Positions 44,827-58,376 of a stretch of 64,000 bases of DNA are shown piece by piece (within the stretch, counting starts at the first letter, position 1; every line of letters starts with the position of its first letter). A program made the translations under genes and the position numbers. Origin of the DNA: Leidyana gryllorum EB-2025a (lineage: Eukaryota; Protista; Apicomplexa); contig JBLWGC010000159.1 of the NCBI GenBank assembly GCA_048772705.1, positions 124,001-188,000 of the forward strand, in the 5' to 3' direction. The notes under the pieces are model-generated. The model did no database searches. It was not told the DNA's origin and saw only the letters and a program-made list of their open reading frames with translations.

Positions 44827-46971
44827 TCAAAGAAGCATGGGGCAACCATCACACCACCATTGGAAATCATATCCACAAGCTGCCTGAGAGAATTTGCAAG
44901 CAACAGAGCACACGTGTGCTGCGCCAAGGACACCCAGGGACGGTACTTGGTTTAATCCCGGAATGGTAACCTGAAACAACTTGGTAAGCAGAGTGGCGAG
45001 TGTAGATGGTCGATTGCGCTCCCCAGACGGAAATATGGTTTGCATAACCGCATCAATCCCCTTTCCACCGGCACGGTCGCTGTAATCCACATCAATTTCG
45101 ACCAAACCATAGTTGTCGGCATAGTGGTCCCTCCCTTCGCCTGCGAAAGGAGATCCAAACATCAGCCCCGTTTGCTTCCACTCACCTGGCGTGGTCATGT
45201 GTCCTCGCGTGCATCGCGGCCATCCGTTGGCGCTGTTCCCATCGTAACACGGCATGTATGCAAGGCCGTCCCCGATATCCAGCAAAACCCGTCCGTTCAC
45301 AATCCTTCGGAAGCGTTCCGACCCTTCGGAGTTGAATACGCGTGGAGGGGCGTAGAAAGCCCCGGCGATGTCGGCCCCACACGCCTCCAAACCATACCGT
45401 TCGGCAAAGTACAAGGCCAAAAGTTGAGCAACTCCTGCCCCAAGTGAGTGCCCTGAATTGCCGAGGCAAGTTTTAACCGCCCAGTCCACACTGTGTTATC
45501 TTACCCGAGAAGATTATGTGGGTATCTTGGCAGGAACATTGAGCTTTTGCGGTTTCTTTGGATATGTAAGCCTCGATTGGGGGTCCGATTGTGTTAACGA
45601 GTCCGATGAATCCGCTGTGTGCCCGGATATTGCCGTCCAGGGCGAAGGGTACTTGTCCATACTCAAAATCAGCGGACCACTCGAACATGGATGCGGTTCC
45701 TCGAACGGTCACGACAAAAGCACAAGGATGGATGCGACTTCGACTGACAAACGCGATTGGCAGACTGTCTCGTTTGAGGCCTTCTTCTTTGAAAATTGGG
45801 TCGCCTGGCGTATGTCAACGTGATAGTCAGTCCGGTTGGGAGGAGGAATAGTGGTTTACCTTCTTGTCGAGACGTGACCACAAAAGGCACGTCCCATCCG
45901 GGGTGGAGGATAGGTGGATGGATTCTCTCAGCGCCGCAGAGGAATGGTTTCCTGCTGAAGGAAGAGGCGATCATGAGTCCGCGGAAGAGGGTGAGATAGG
46001 TGAGGGATTCTTGGACAATGATATTCTCGGGGATCTTTCTCGGGAGCATCTTTTCGGCTGAGCCGTTAAGAAGGTCAATGAAGAGAATGGGGAGAGCGAG
46101 TTTGGGGTCGTGGAATTTGAAGCTTGGAGGCAGATAGGGGCGATAGAGGCTCTCTTGATGGAGGTCGCAAGAGTGGTCGGGGAAATCTTCGCGAGTGTAG
46201 GCATAGTCGCTCATTGTCTCTCGACAGTTGGCATCTTGTTCAGACTCGCCACAAATGAGTAAGGAGCCGACGATGTCTTCCATGAAGCAGAAATAGACAT
46301 TGTCTTCGAAGGGTTGTGATATGGCCTCTGCGTCACTGAGCTGACAGAGCAGATCCGTAATGGATCTAAGTTTCTGGCCGAGTCGACTCTCATCAAAAAT
46401 CTTCGAGATGATCCCCATCAGCAGAGGCCATGTCTGTCAAAGGGTCATCCAAGATGTCATCGCCAGCAACAAAGCAGCCTACCACAGCGTTTCTTGGAGC
46501 GTCAGCCGGGAAGTTGATCTCAGAGGCAGCATTGTGGTCGAGTCCAGGAACAGACACTTTGTTGCCATTCACGACTTCCCAGGCGCCATCGTCCGGATTA
46601 AACAGCAGTTCTGACCTGTTCGGTGCGAGCCCGGCCGCCGTGTTTGCCAGCATTACGGATACCTCTGACTTGAAGAGTTGAGTAATGGCCATGGTGAAGG
46701 CATCACCAAAGCCTTCGAAACACCACGGGTGACCAATGCTGTACACGTTCTGGCTATATGCCACTGTGGGGAAAAACTTGGTCGTGCTCCGTTCGCCCTG
46801 TTTCATCGGGCGATAGCGATACAGTGGAAAGTACGTAGGCTCATACGAGGCCCCATCACTACGATCAAGTGCTGCGGGAAGGCCAGGTGCTTCATAAGGA
46901 GTTGGGGTGGTTGAGGAACTACTACCCCATTTGCCACCAAGCAGTGTGCCGATACCCCAAGGTAACTTCAT
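44827..46971 (-). CDS. Class 3 lipase family protein, paralog A, multi-exon
   Basis: TVRGTASMFEW, HSGF, GHSLGAG, C-terminal AHVCSVAC...WWCDG. Confidence 0.85.
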
Positions 46972-47141
46972 TTATGGTATCACCGTCAGTGCACCGTACT
47001 GTGTCTTCGTGTTCGTGTTTGCGTTTGCGTTCGTAGGTTTCTTCCTCTGATTGGTTGTTGTTCTTCCTACATTTCTTCTAGACATAAAATGCGATACGTG
47101 CCGATCCATGTAACTAACTAAAAGACGGCGTCAGACCCTAC

Positions 47142-49643
47142 TTACAGGTCAATGACACCCTCTGGCAAGCCATCACACCACCACTTGAATTCTCCCCACG
47201 GCAGCCCATGACAAGCCACCGACAAGGCGCATCCGAAGGACGCGACATGAGCCGCCGCCAACTCCTGTTTGGTTGGCAGCAGCTTCATGACCGAATTAGG
47301 CACCACGAAGTTTACAGCCGCCGTTATCATTCGCTTCGTAAAGCGACTGAAAGTGCTGCTGGCGAGGGTGGCGTCAAAGAGAATATCAGACCCCATTTGT
47401 TGACGCTCCCGATCGTGGTGTGGGTCGTGTGCGACTTCCGGTCCCCTGTAGAGAATAACGTTCTCATCAGCCGGGATATTATCTTGCGCTGCAGCTGCTT
47501 GGCGCTTCGCAAGTTCATACATTTCATGTATCTCCACATCAGTAACATACGGCGGGTCGACTGACGTGTGCTTATGCAGGACAGTAACATTCAGACCTTC
47601 GCGGATAAAATCTACGTCCAACTGGAGGAGCCATCATCAGTTTACGTCGATCAGCTTTCACTCGCTCACCAAGATTCTTCCATCATTCTCGCCATATTCG
47701 TCTCGTCCAACACCAGGCAGACTGGCGTGCTCTCGGCCACAACGCGCATACCCCAGTCGCGCATTCTCAGTGTGACAGGGCAGATGGTATAAGGGATCTG
47801 CAATGTCGATCAAGTGTCGCCCGTTGACGGTCTCGCGGTATCGATCCACCGCTGCATCAACCATCACACGAGGACTGGCAAAGAATACGCCATCCACTCG
47901 GAGATTGCAATCCAATTCCTACACACACACATCCGCCGAAACTCACGATTATATGGCACAATGGTTACCTCGGAGTAGGCGATGGCTAAGTGGAGCGCTA
48001 ATAGCTGCCCCACTCCACCCCCCAGACTGTGTCCGTGCACTATCAAGCGAGTGTTGAGGCAGGTGCAGTCATTCTGCCTCGACAAGCGTTCCAGAGCCCC
48101 TCGGATGTAGCCCACAACGGTATTAACAATGTCGGTGTATCCTTGATGTTTACCACCCAGAGTCCCATCTGGCGCTGCCAATGGAGCGGTCCAATAGTTA
48201 AAGTCCAACAGCCACTCCAAGCGAGAAGCGGTACCCCTTACAGCGATGTTGAAGTGACACTTATCCTGGGAGCTTTGTGACATGAACATCATCGGCAAGT
48301 GGTTCTGCAGGGGGTCAACTTCGAACATTGGGTCCCCTTCAAGACGACGGATTTTACCGAAACACATTGAATTGACTTTTACTTACGTGGCAACTGAATA
48401 TTGAAGATGTGGACCAAGTCCCATCCAGGAATGAGCTGAAATCCCGCGGGCAGTTCGCTGTCACACAGCAATTGGTCAACGGCGGGATAGATCAACATGG
48501 AGGCTCTGAAGAGTGTCAAATACGTCAACAGTTCCCGCGATCTTATTTTCTTTGGAATAAAGCCTGGCAGCGGTCGAAGATCTTCCAAATCCAAAGGAAT
48601 CTGAACGAACGAAATACCATTGAGTGGAGAAGAGTGGGGGTGTGGCGGCTCGTTCTCACGTAAAGGTCTTTGTCATCGAAATCGAAGGCCCGCAGCTTCT
48701 CCGACCAGGGACCCTCTCGTTGGAAAGTGGTGCGTGGAGGGTAACAAGTGGCTGTTGGAAACTCCGCAATCTTCGGCCAGCCCCGTTGACTCTTGCATAC
48801 CGCGTCTCGTCGAGGCACAGCAGCCACTCCTGTGCACATCAGAGTACTCAGGAGAGTGTCAACGACGGCACACGTGAACGGAGTGATCTCGTGGAGGTCG
48901 GGAACAGTCGCCTCGACGTCGCTGAAGCGACACATTGTGTCGGCGAAGAGGGACATTCGAGTCTTGAGGGGAGCGCCGTCAGGGTATGTGAAGAACCGCT
49001 TGAAGGCGGGCACTATTTTCGCAACAGCCACAAGGGTCTCGAGACTCCAAGACTTCAAGTTGAGATATGGGGCGATCTCGGGTGGTAGGAGACTTTCGTG
49101 CACTACCTCCGATATCTGCAGTCTGGACAGATGCTCTCCCAAATGGTCGTCGGAGGTCCAAGGTGAGAAGGGTGCTTCAGCTGTTTTGGGCAGGGAGCCA
49201 TTAGCCAAGAGATTGCCACCAAAGTGCCATAGAATCTCACAGAACTCGTCTGGTGGTTGTGGGTTACCGGTGATGTGAGCCACCTGTGGGTCAGGGACGA
49301 ATGGCCAATCGGCAGGTGCAGCAGCCACATAGCGTCCACTGACATTCTCACATTCCAACTTGGCCCACTGTGCTGGGGGAATGATCAGCTCGCCAGTTTT
49401 CGAGTCAAAATGCTGCTCGAACTTGTTCAAGAGCAGCTTGGTGGCCCCTACTGATATCTTCTGCGATAATAGCGTGTCTAACACACGCGGTAGAGCGCTG
49501 GTAACGCCGTTCTCACACCACCCCAAAGACTCTGGAGCTCCAAGCCGATCTGGGAGCTGCGCTATTGTGTTTTTCGGCACTACATAGTCAAGTGCTGAGG
49601 AAACGAGGGTAAATAAACACCAAGTATGTCTCGATATCATCAT
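47142..49643 (-). CDS. Class 3 lipase family protein, paralog B, secreted, multi-exon
   Basis: Signal peptide; AVRGTASRLEW, HQGY, GHSLGGG, FASPRV, AHVASFGC...WWCDG. Confidence 0.85.
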
Positions 49644-49645
49644 GA

Positions 49646-51790
49646 TCAATGAATTAACCGATCCTCAGGAAGACCCTTACACAACCACTCAAAGCTCGAA
49701 GTCGCAGTGCCTTGACAAGCACCCGATAGGTTGCAAGCAAAAGTGGAGATATGACTGTCCGTCAATTCACGCTGGGTTGGGAACGACCCCAGGAAACCTT
49801 CTGGATCTAATCTAGGTAGCACCCACTGAAGGACGACAGACAAATCAGATATATATACGCACTCAGAGAAGCATAGTGAGGACTCACATCCAGATTGTTG
49901 GCAACTGGCTGCTGAAGCACTTGCAACGGCACTGAGACAGTGGTATTTGTCTGAATATAAATTTAGACAAAAGTATGCCGTGTCTCCCGCTTACCAATAT
50001 TAATCCATATAACTCTCCATACAAGTCTCTTCCAACCCCTGGGGCCGCAGCATGTCTTCGGCCTCCACACCGCGTCCAACCACGAACGCTGTTCGACTCT
50101 GAACAGGGGATTCGAAACGTCGGATCTGTCGGATCCTGAAGAAATCTGGTGTTGACCATTCGCCGATGGAGATTGGCAGCCAGCATGTCAAGGGTTCTAG
50201 GAGTGCCAAAATAGATTCCATCTACTCTCAATGGACAACCTGCCTGCAAACACTCAACTTTGTCAATCTAAGACCCCACTACTCACTTCTTGCTCCCAAG
50301 CAGTAGCAACATGGTGCGCTAAAAGGGTTGCGACTGATGCCCCGAGGCTGTGGCCATAGAATGTGAGACGTGTCTCTGACCCGCACACGGAGCACTCATT
50401 CTTGGCAAAATGACGATGTGCCCAGGGCAGCAAGAGGGAAGCCACTGTGGTGGAAACTGCGACATAGCCAGCGTGCGAGAGCCCTTCTGGTCCGAATGAC
50501 GCGCTGGGCACAGTCCAAATGTTATAGTTAAAAGCCCATTCAACAGTTGAAGCGGTGCCCCGTGCACCGACGGCAAGGTGGCAAGGATTGTTCGGATCCT
50601 CCGAAATGAATATGAATGGGATTTCACGATCGTCAAGGGGTCCGAAGGCTTGGTCGACTGAAGATACGGAATATGTACAGAGATGTTCCTCTGCCGACCA
50701 TGGTGTCGTACCTGGAGTGTGCAGCCAGATGGAGTGTATTGTTGGCCATCCGGGTATGAGTTGCACAGCTTCAAAATCGCTGCCTCTTTGTCCACTGCAA
50801 TAAGCTGATTCTGTTAGATGATACATCCCCAGACTTGCTCGCAAGAGCGTTAGATAAGTCAGGCGTTCTTGGCGGATTACTGCATCAGGTATGTAACGCG
50901 GGATTGCCGGACGCAGATCTATTAGCTCCAAAGGCATCTATATCCAATGATGGATGGAAGGACGGAGGGTTTGTCTCACCTGAAGACTGGGGTCATCCCA
51001 ACTGAATGGAGAGGCCAGATCGTTCTGTAGTAGATTGGGGGCTGGATGACAAAGACTTGCAGGGAATCCGGGAAGAGAGAATTTTGTGGTTGGATGAGGG
51101 CATTTCCATCGTTGTGTGACGGGCTCTGTGAAGGCCTTGCATGCTACATAAGAGGCCAAGACATCGGTCATGGCACAGGTTATTGGGGTGTGTTCGAGAC
51201 CCTCGGTGGTGGACTCGGCCTCAACAAAGCTGCAGATCTTGAGTGCAAGATCGTGAACCCTTTCCTCCTGCGGAGCGAGCCGTGGTATGAGGTCAATGAA
51301 CGGCACTAGACTGGCAGCAATTATGCTGGCTGTTATCAGCGTGTCTGATCGGTTGCACGACGAAGAGTCACTACACGAGGATGGAGTGGGAGGCTCAGAT
51401 ATTGGGTCATTGATGAAGAGAGAGCGCAGCAAGTCCTGTTGATGGTTGCCAGCAAAGGCGACGAAGCGGAATCGGCTCGGATCATTCTGATCAAAAGCAT
51501 TTATAGAGAAGAAGCGGTCGAAGAAGGTGGTTGTTTGTTTAACCCAAAGCTCGGTGGCCATGCGGGTCGAAATATTCTCGCGAACAAGCTACAGTAGTTG
51601 GCGTGGCAGTAGAGTCATTGAAAGAGTGCTTACGTACGGTTCGGAGTGAGTTCAAAACCCGTTCAAGAGTGGACAAGTTGCATGATTCGACCAATCTCCC
51701 GAGGCCAAGTATCTGGGGTATTTGGACCACTGAACGTTGCTCCGCCAGGGCCACATAGCCTAAGAGGCACGACGCAACGCTGAGTCTCAT
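49646..51790 (-). CDS. Class 3 lipase family protein, paralog C, secreted, multi-exon
   Basis: Signal peptide; ARGTASTVEW, HAGY, GHSLGAS, FGTPRT, SHISTFAC...WLCKG. Confidence 0.85.
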
Positions 51791-51820
51791 GTCTGTACAC
51801 CACGCAACAGAGTCAGTCGT

Positions 51821-52524
51821 TCAAAACGACTTTGACTTCCAAACCAAATTCCCATGTATAGTTTCACAGTAGCCTATCTGGTCAAGAAGTGATCGGAGCG
51901 TTCGTGTTGTCGCTCCTGTTCCTATCACTGCTTGCCTCATTGTTAATCCATTAGGATTAGCGTCCAACAACTGAAATAGACGGTGGATCAACGCATCTTG
52001 CGCTACCGTGTCACGTGGAGCGACCTCTGCCAAGCATTCATTTCAAAAGTGAACATGTGCTTCGTAAACTTACTCATCAGCATTGGGGGCGTGGGTGACT
52101 TGGCCTTTTCGTCACCATGATACCACTGGAATATGTGCTCCGACTCCACAATCGCGCGACGAACCGGAACTGAATCCTGGATCTTTGGCTTAAGCTTTGG
52201 CTCCTCGGACAGGTGACGCACACGGAGGTCTCGCTTGCTCACACGTAAGTGTACCGTCTTCGGCTGCCGTGCCACAATGTCGTAATCAAAATGATCGTGA
52301 GTCTGCACTATCCACTGCTGTACACTTTTTGAAGGTGATGGTGCCGCCATACCCTCTGCGGGCTTGCATTCCAAAACCCCGAGGTCCTCTAGAACTGAAC
52401 ACTGCCCTGTTTTCGCGTCAAACAAACCCACAACCCTTCCCTCCTCCCCAGTACGCTTCAAAGCCTCCGCCACTGACAGAGGCAGACGCAACAATATGGG
52501 GTTATTGGATCTTGGATCGTTCAT
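51821..52524 (-). CDS. TFIIF beta subunit (RAP30/Tfg2)-like
   Basis: N-terminal LLRLPLSVAEA; C-terminal winged-helix-like LIHRLFQLL...TLRSLLDQIG. Confidence 0.55.
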
Positions 52525-52791
52525 TTAACCCGATAGTGTGACACAGTATGTGACAATAGGTCACTCGACATGTGTCTGCAGACAAACCCGGTGTGGCAAC
52601 ACACCCAAAAGCTCTCGAATTCGAGTGCCCATCAGGAAACACGCGTGTGGTCGCGCGCTAAGGGCCCGATCGGCCGACATGAAAACACTGTTACTCGTCT
52701 TTTATCGTGTCGAAAGTCGCAGTCCTCGATCGGTCTACTGGATTCCACGACATGACCGTGATAGACGGCTTGGGAGCGACAGGGCCCGGGG

Positions 52792-53868
52792 GTGCGAGGT
52801 GCATCGACGATGAGGCGTTTGGGGAGAGTATGGCCAGATTTTGTTTTCGATGATGATGAGGGTGTTTTTTCTGCTCCATTCGAGTACGGTTATTCGTGGG
52901 GAGAGCAGGGCGGTCGATCTGGTGCTCAATATCTGATTCAAGACTTATCTGCGATGGGTGTTGGAGTTCCAGTCCTTTTGACTCCACGCCAACGGGAGCT
53001 GTATGCCGCCGCAAGCGTAAGGTCACTCGCATCTACCGAGAGTGATGTCAAGCCGATGTTGTTGGCTTTGCCAATGACATTGAACGAAGCGCGGACCATG
53101 GCTTCTCTGAGCGAGAAGGATCGACTGCGTGTCGGTGATCGTATTTTTCGTGACTTCCTTCTACGGCTACATTCTGGCTTACGAGTGGAACAATTAACAG
53201 CAGCGTACATTCCGATGACGTTTCTGTTGACGGTGTCAGAGGATATGCAGAGACTAGTTGTGACACAACACTCTGGTACCATCGTGGAGTACCCGCTGGC
53301 CCTGTTCGTGGGTTCCTCAGTGCAGACTCGATCCGAACAACAGAAAATGGATGCGTGGATTGCCCGAGAAATCGCACTCGATCGTTTAAGTGAGATGCGA
53401 GAGGAGGAGAATGGATGGAAAAGGCCCACCGCAGACCCAACTATGCAAGACCTCCAGCCCGACTTTCTGGTGATAGTCGATTTCACATGTCGACGACTGG
53501 CTTTCATATTCTACGATGCCCAAGAAGCGACCAGATTTCATTATTGTATCCGAATTCTCGCACGCCTCGTAAGTCCCTTTTTCAATCACCCCGCCCGTCA
53601 GTCTGAGAGGTTCAGGCCGCTAAACGGCGACTCGAGCTCGGATCCAAATGGTCTCAGTGCCCTAAACTGTGTGGGAGTCCCAGTCGCGCTGGACTTCGAG
53701 GGCCGCAAAGCCCGAGCTTCCTGGAACTGGGAGGAGTTCCGGAATCTCCCTGCAGCTCGTCTGCCTGCTTTCGATACCTCTGTTGCCTCAGTGCCAGGGG
53801 CGATACTCCACGAGCTCCCACACATCTCCCATCTACATTTTCAAGGACCACTGCTGTTTAATGAGTGA
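52792..53868 (+). CDS. Hypothetical protein, possible PH-like domain (start uncertain)
   Basis: 358-aa ORF; beta-rich segment ending RRLAFIFYDAQEATRFHYCIRIL, similar to a PH C-terminal helix. Confidence 0.45.
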   Translation: MRGASTMRRLGRVWPDFVFDDDEGVFSAPFEYGYSWGEQGGRSGAQYLIQDLSAMGVGVPVLLTPRQRELYAAASVRSLASTESDVKPMLLALPMTLNEARTMASLSEKDRLRVGDRIFRDFLLRLHSGLRVEQLTAAYIPMTFLLTVSEDMQRLVVTQHSGTIVEYPLALFVGSSVQTRSEQQKMDAWIAREIALDRLSEMREEENGWKRPTADPTMQDLQPDFLVIVDFTCRRLAFIFYDAQEATRFHYCIRILARLVSPFFNHPARQSERFRPLNGDSSSDPNGLSALNCVGVPVALDFEGRKARASWNWEEFRNLPAARLPAFDTSVASVPGAILHELPHISHLHFQGPLLFNE

Positions 53869-54440
53869 ATGTTCCTTGGCATTTGATTTGTTGAGGGAGT
53901 TCTCCCTCTCTCTCTCTCTTCATCAGAGTGACAGCGTGAGAGCGGCGTGTGCCACGCTTTGAGTGGGAAGAAGTACTGTGTGGCATACTTTTGGACATCT
54001 CTCTCTGTCTCTCTCTCTCTCACACACACACACACATCCCTGGTGGTGTTGCTTGACCCGAGTTTGAGTTTGAAAGTATTAGTTGAATGTTTGTTTGTCT
54101 CTACAGGCACCGTGGGCGAAGCGAGGATTGGACTGCGAAGAGGACGGCGTGATAGCGTGTTGCGAGTACTCTTCTTCGACATCTCGGATGTGTCTTGTCG
54201 GTGGAACGAAAACATCAGCAGGGCAGCGGAGGCGGCAATCGCCTGGGCGGCTGCCAGCAGATTTTGCGGGAAAAATGAGAACTGCCGAAAGATGGCTGAG
54301 ACTCTTACAGAATGGGAGCAAAGAGAATGATGGGGTAGTGGAAGCTGGCGTGGAGGCGGTGATTACGGCTTTTGGGGGGCGGATGGGATTGGACGAGGGC
54401 GTGGTAGTGAGATTCTCATGAAGAAGAGAAAGTTTTTATT

Positions 54441-55277
54441 ATGGTCAACGACAAAGGACCTCCTACTACGCAGACTTGGCGACGACATCAGGGCGGGGGT
54501 AAAAATAGCCGGGAGGACGGCAGCGAAGACGAGGGAGGGTTTCGTTCGAGAATGAGAACATCGCAGGTTTCCCGCCGGCCATTCAATTGGCGTCAGCCAC
54601 CTGGGCAATGGAACACCCAATATCAGTCGACGGGTGCAGGTCGCGCAGGAAGAATTAAGAGGGTAGCGCCCTCCCGTTTCGAGTCGCGCACACCGCCAAA
54701 CGATGGACACGAGTCCAGTGGTTCGAGTAAAGGAGATGACGAAGTAGTGGCAATGCCAACGCGGAAGGGTGAAAACAGTAGTCTCAGTTCGGTGGAGTCG
54801 AGGGCAGCAGCAGGAGCCCAGCAGCGGCAGCATTCGCCATTTTGGCGGAGTCCCTACCCGCCAGCTACTGCGCCGACGGTGTGGACTAGTGAAGGTCCCA
54901 GCACTGGCTGGAGCGATCGTGTGCCCACTCCGCCTCCGCGACGCGGAGGAGTAGAGCCTCCACCCAAGAAACGGAGAGGCTTCGACCCAATTATACAGTC
55001 GTCGGAAGGAATTGAGGTAATACATGTTCGGACGGACGAAGGTCCCCCCTGGCTACTTCGCAGAGATGTTCCTACCACTGAGTTCAACAACAACACAGTT
55101 ACACCTGAGTGGCTCGAACGCCTGGTTGCAGAGGCCGTTAGAGCTCTCGTTGAAAGTACCGAGTCAAATCCTAAAGGGGAAGAAGATGAAGAGCCTGGGG
55201 CAATCACAGAACCAGAAGAGGCCACTACAGCGGGTACTCGTCGACCCCCTTCTGCTCGTTCTGTGAAACGCACCTGA
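54441..55277 (+). CDS. Hypothetical disordered protein (278 aa)
   Basis: ATG-initiated ORF filling the interval. Confidence 0.45.
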   Translation: MVNDKGPPTTQTWRRHQGGGKNSREDGSEDEGGFRSRMRTSQVSRRPFNWRQPPGQWNTQYQSTGAGRAGRIKRVAPSRFESRTPPNDGHESSGSSKGDDEVVAMPTRKGENSSLSSVESRAAAGAQQRQHSPFWRSPYPPATAPTVWTSEGPSTGWSDRVPTPPPRRGGVEPPPKKRRGFDPIIQSSEGIEVIHVRTDEGPPWLLRRDVPTTEFNNNTVTPEWLERLVAEAVRALVESTESNPKGEEDEEPGAITEPEEATTAGTRRPPSARSVKRT

Positions 55278-55308
55278 CTGATCGTTAACATAATTTCCCT
55301 CAAAAAAC

Positions 55309-56889
55309 ATGTGGCCTACCTCCACACCCACTAGAAAGTAAGCGAGACCACTCACTCACTTCGCACCACGCACACCACGCCGCTCTTAGACGAAGGCTCT
55401 CTTCTTCAGTCGCTGATGCAGAACTTACCTCCACTCCCCCAGACTTGATATCCTACCTGAGTGATTTGAGACCTTTGCTGCCCCTCCTCCCCCCACCAAC
55501 ATTCAGTACATCCAAACTCCGTGACTACTTGCGGCTGTGGCGTGTCCAAGCATCATCCAAACACTATACGCTCCCAGAAGACACGTCCTGGGATGCAACT
55601 GGAGTCGCACACTTCAAGTCTCCCGAACCCTGGCGGCAACACCTGGACGAAAACCACCAACTTCCGATCGAGTTCCCGCCTTTGGAACCCGACCCGCCCT
55701 GGTTAAACGCCCTTCTCCAAGAGTTGGCGCGAGGTCAGCCCCTAAAGTGAGTCTTTCTCTGCCGGAGGCCCGGGCTCTTTCCCACTCCTCGCTACTACAG
55801 ATACCCGTGGTTTGAGCTCAAAGCTGTCTTGAGCGATATACTGATAAAGGTATGTCGCCTCCCAATGACTTCTTTCGCTGTGACGCGCGCAATTCCACAG
55901 AGATTAGTCTATCGTTTTCACCGACACCTCGAGTCCTTCTATCTGGACGTACCGTTACCCCGCGACAAATTGGCGGAGTACATTGCTCAGAGATCCGCGG
56001 GGGCCTACTTATTCCCGCCGACGGCCAAACCGGCTGATGTCGCCCAACTGTATAAACGAGACGTCCAGGCCTTCTTGGATCCTCGCCGCACACTAGTGTG
56101 GCACTTACGCTCCTATGCATTGTGAGTCAACCCCCCTTTGTCTCCCCCTCTCTAAACCGACACAGCCCCCCCTTCACTCTGCCGAGACTGTGTGAGTTGC
56201 TGATGATGCCCCCGACAAACGCTACATGGGCCAAGGACTTTTGGAAGTACGCGTTCGCGGTCCAACGGGTAAGCGGCGAGGGGGGATGTGTGGTTGGTTG
56301 ACTCGGCGGGTCGCAGTGTCTGATGGGAATTGTGTCTGCGATGCCGATTGACAGTGAGGCTGTGGAGAAAGCTGCGAGACTGCCGCCTTTGGTCGCCCGG
56401 AAGCTGAAGCGGACGCTCTGGCTGCTTGATACGCCCACAGAGGTCGGAGGGTTCGTGTGGCTCAAGACGAGTGTCGGTGGTGGCGAAGGAGGGAGAGGAG
56501 ACGGGATGTCCAAGGAGAACAATTCGGATTCCAGGCTGCCCAGAGACTCATCCCCCGAAGGAGACGGTGAAGACACGTCGATGGAGGAGCAGGATGCCAG
56601 TATGGAAATGTTTCACACTCCCCAGCCCACTTCTCGGAAGAGGTTAGCATCTTTGTCAGAGCAGGAAGATGGGGAGGAAGATAACGTCGGGCGGAAACGA
56701 GCTCGCATAGAGGATGAGGGACCCAGTAGACAGATCCATGCAGAGATACTCATGTTGCACAAGGAACTTGAGAACACTTCTTCCGGTGATGAGCAGTTGC
56801 CACCGTTGCCTACCAATCCAGAGGGGGTTCGGAGTAGTAATGGCGAGGGCCTTTACGACATGTTTACTACTTGTGGTGGCGGATGGTAG
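55309..56889 (+). CDS. Protein phosphatase 4 regulatory subunit 2-like, multi-exon
   Basis: PPFTLPRLCELLMMP...KYAFAVQR matches the PP4R2 PFTxQRLCELL motif; acidic tail. Confidence 0.6.
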
Positions 56890-56937
56890 TCGTGTGAATC
56901 ATTTTAGATCAAAAAGAACGACACAATATAATATAGC

Positions 56938-58340
56938 ATGCCCCCCGCCTACCAACGGCACCGACGACAGGGTATCTCTGCAGAGGCCGGTAAGACCCCG
57001 ACACTGTCCATCTTCCTCCGGCCACATGCCTGCAGTGACGCAGGAGCGTCTGGACAACTGGACTCCCCCCAGCTTTCCCAAACATGAACGGGAGAAGCAC
57101 CACATTCTGGAGAGTATTGAATCCATGCGAGTGCTCTTCGGACATCTCAAAATGAAAGACAAACTCAAGGTCGTAGATGCTATGTTTCGAATAGATGTTC
57201 CCGAGGGAACAACTGTGATCACCCAGGGTAAACCCGCCAAAATCTCTATTCCTAGATCAAATCTGCCCCCACCTATCTATCAGGGCAGGAGGGTGACAAC
57301 TTCTATATAGTTGAGACCGGAGAATTTGATTACATTGTGGCTCGGAATGGATCCGCTCCCCTCAAAGTGGGATCAGCGGGACCCGGCTCCTGCTTCGGAG
57401 AGCTGGCCCTGATGTATAATTCTCCGCGTGCGGCCACAGTTATTGTGAGTATCCACTTGCCGACCCCAACTTTCAACCCATTCCATCTCAAACCGAGAAG
57501 GAAGCCGTCTTCCGACACGCACACGGCTCCGACACGGACACCGACTCGCACACGGACTCGGACTTGGACTTGTGCCCACGTCTCTCTCCCTTCCCCTCTT
57601 CAACCGCCCACCCACCCCAATCCGCTCCTCCTTAGGCAACAAAGGACGCTATTGTATGGGCGTTAGACCGTAACACGTTCCAGCTAATGCTTGTGACGTC
57701 AGAGAATACAAAGAAGAGAACTTACGAGGATTTTCTGGAGAATATCCAGATCTTGAGTGAGGCCGGGACAGATTTCGGCATCTTGAAGATCACACCGCCG
57801 TTTCTTCAGAGGGGCTGAACAAGTATGAAAGAGTGCAGGTTTGCGATATGTTGGTGCCGACTGTCTTTCGTCCTGGTGCTGCGATAATCAGGCAGGACGA
57901 ATCTGGGGACCGTTTCTATATTGTGGAAGAGGTATGCACCCGAGTTACTAAGTGACTGATTTATCGGTGTCTCGCGAACACACACACGCACACGCAGGGG
58001 GAAGCCACAGCTATCATCAAAGATCGGAATGCTGATCTGGTGGTTTGTCAGTATGCGAGAGGGGGATATTTCGGCGAGCTGGCGCTCATTGGTGATGGAT
58101 TGCGACGCGCGAGTGTGTTCGCTGTGAGCAGATGTCGAGTGCTGTCGATCGACAAGGGCACATTTGACAGGTGAGGCGGGCAACTTTGTACGTGCGACCT
58201 GGACCGACAGAGTTCTCGGCCCAATACGTGATATCTTTGCCAAGAAGATTGATGTCTACCGGGAGGTGCTGGATGCCAAGCAAGCAGCCTGGTTGGAGCG
58301 CTACGCTCTGCGAAGGGACGACGACGCATCGGAATACTGA
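56938..58340 (+). CDS. cAMP-dependent protein kinase regulatory subunit-like (two CNB domains), multi-exon
   Basis: ITQG..GDNFYIVETG, FGELALMYNSPRAATV; second domain GDRFYIVEEG, FGELALIGDGLRRASV. Confidence 0.88.
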
Positions 58341-58376
58341 CTGACCCCTAGCCCAAAATTTTTCCCAGATAGCCTG

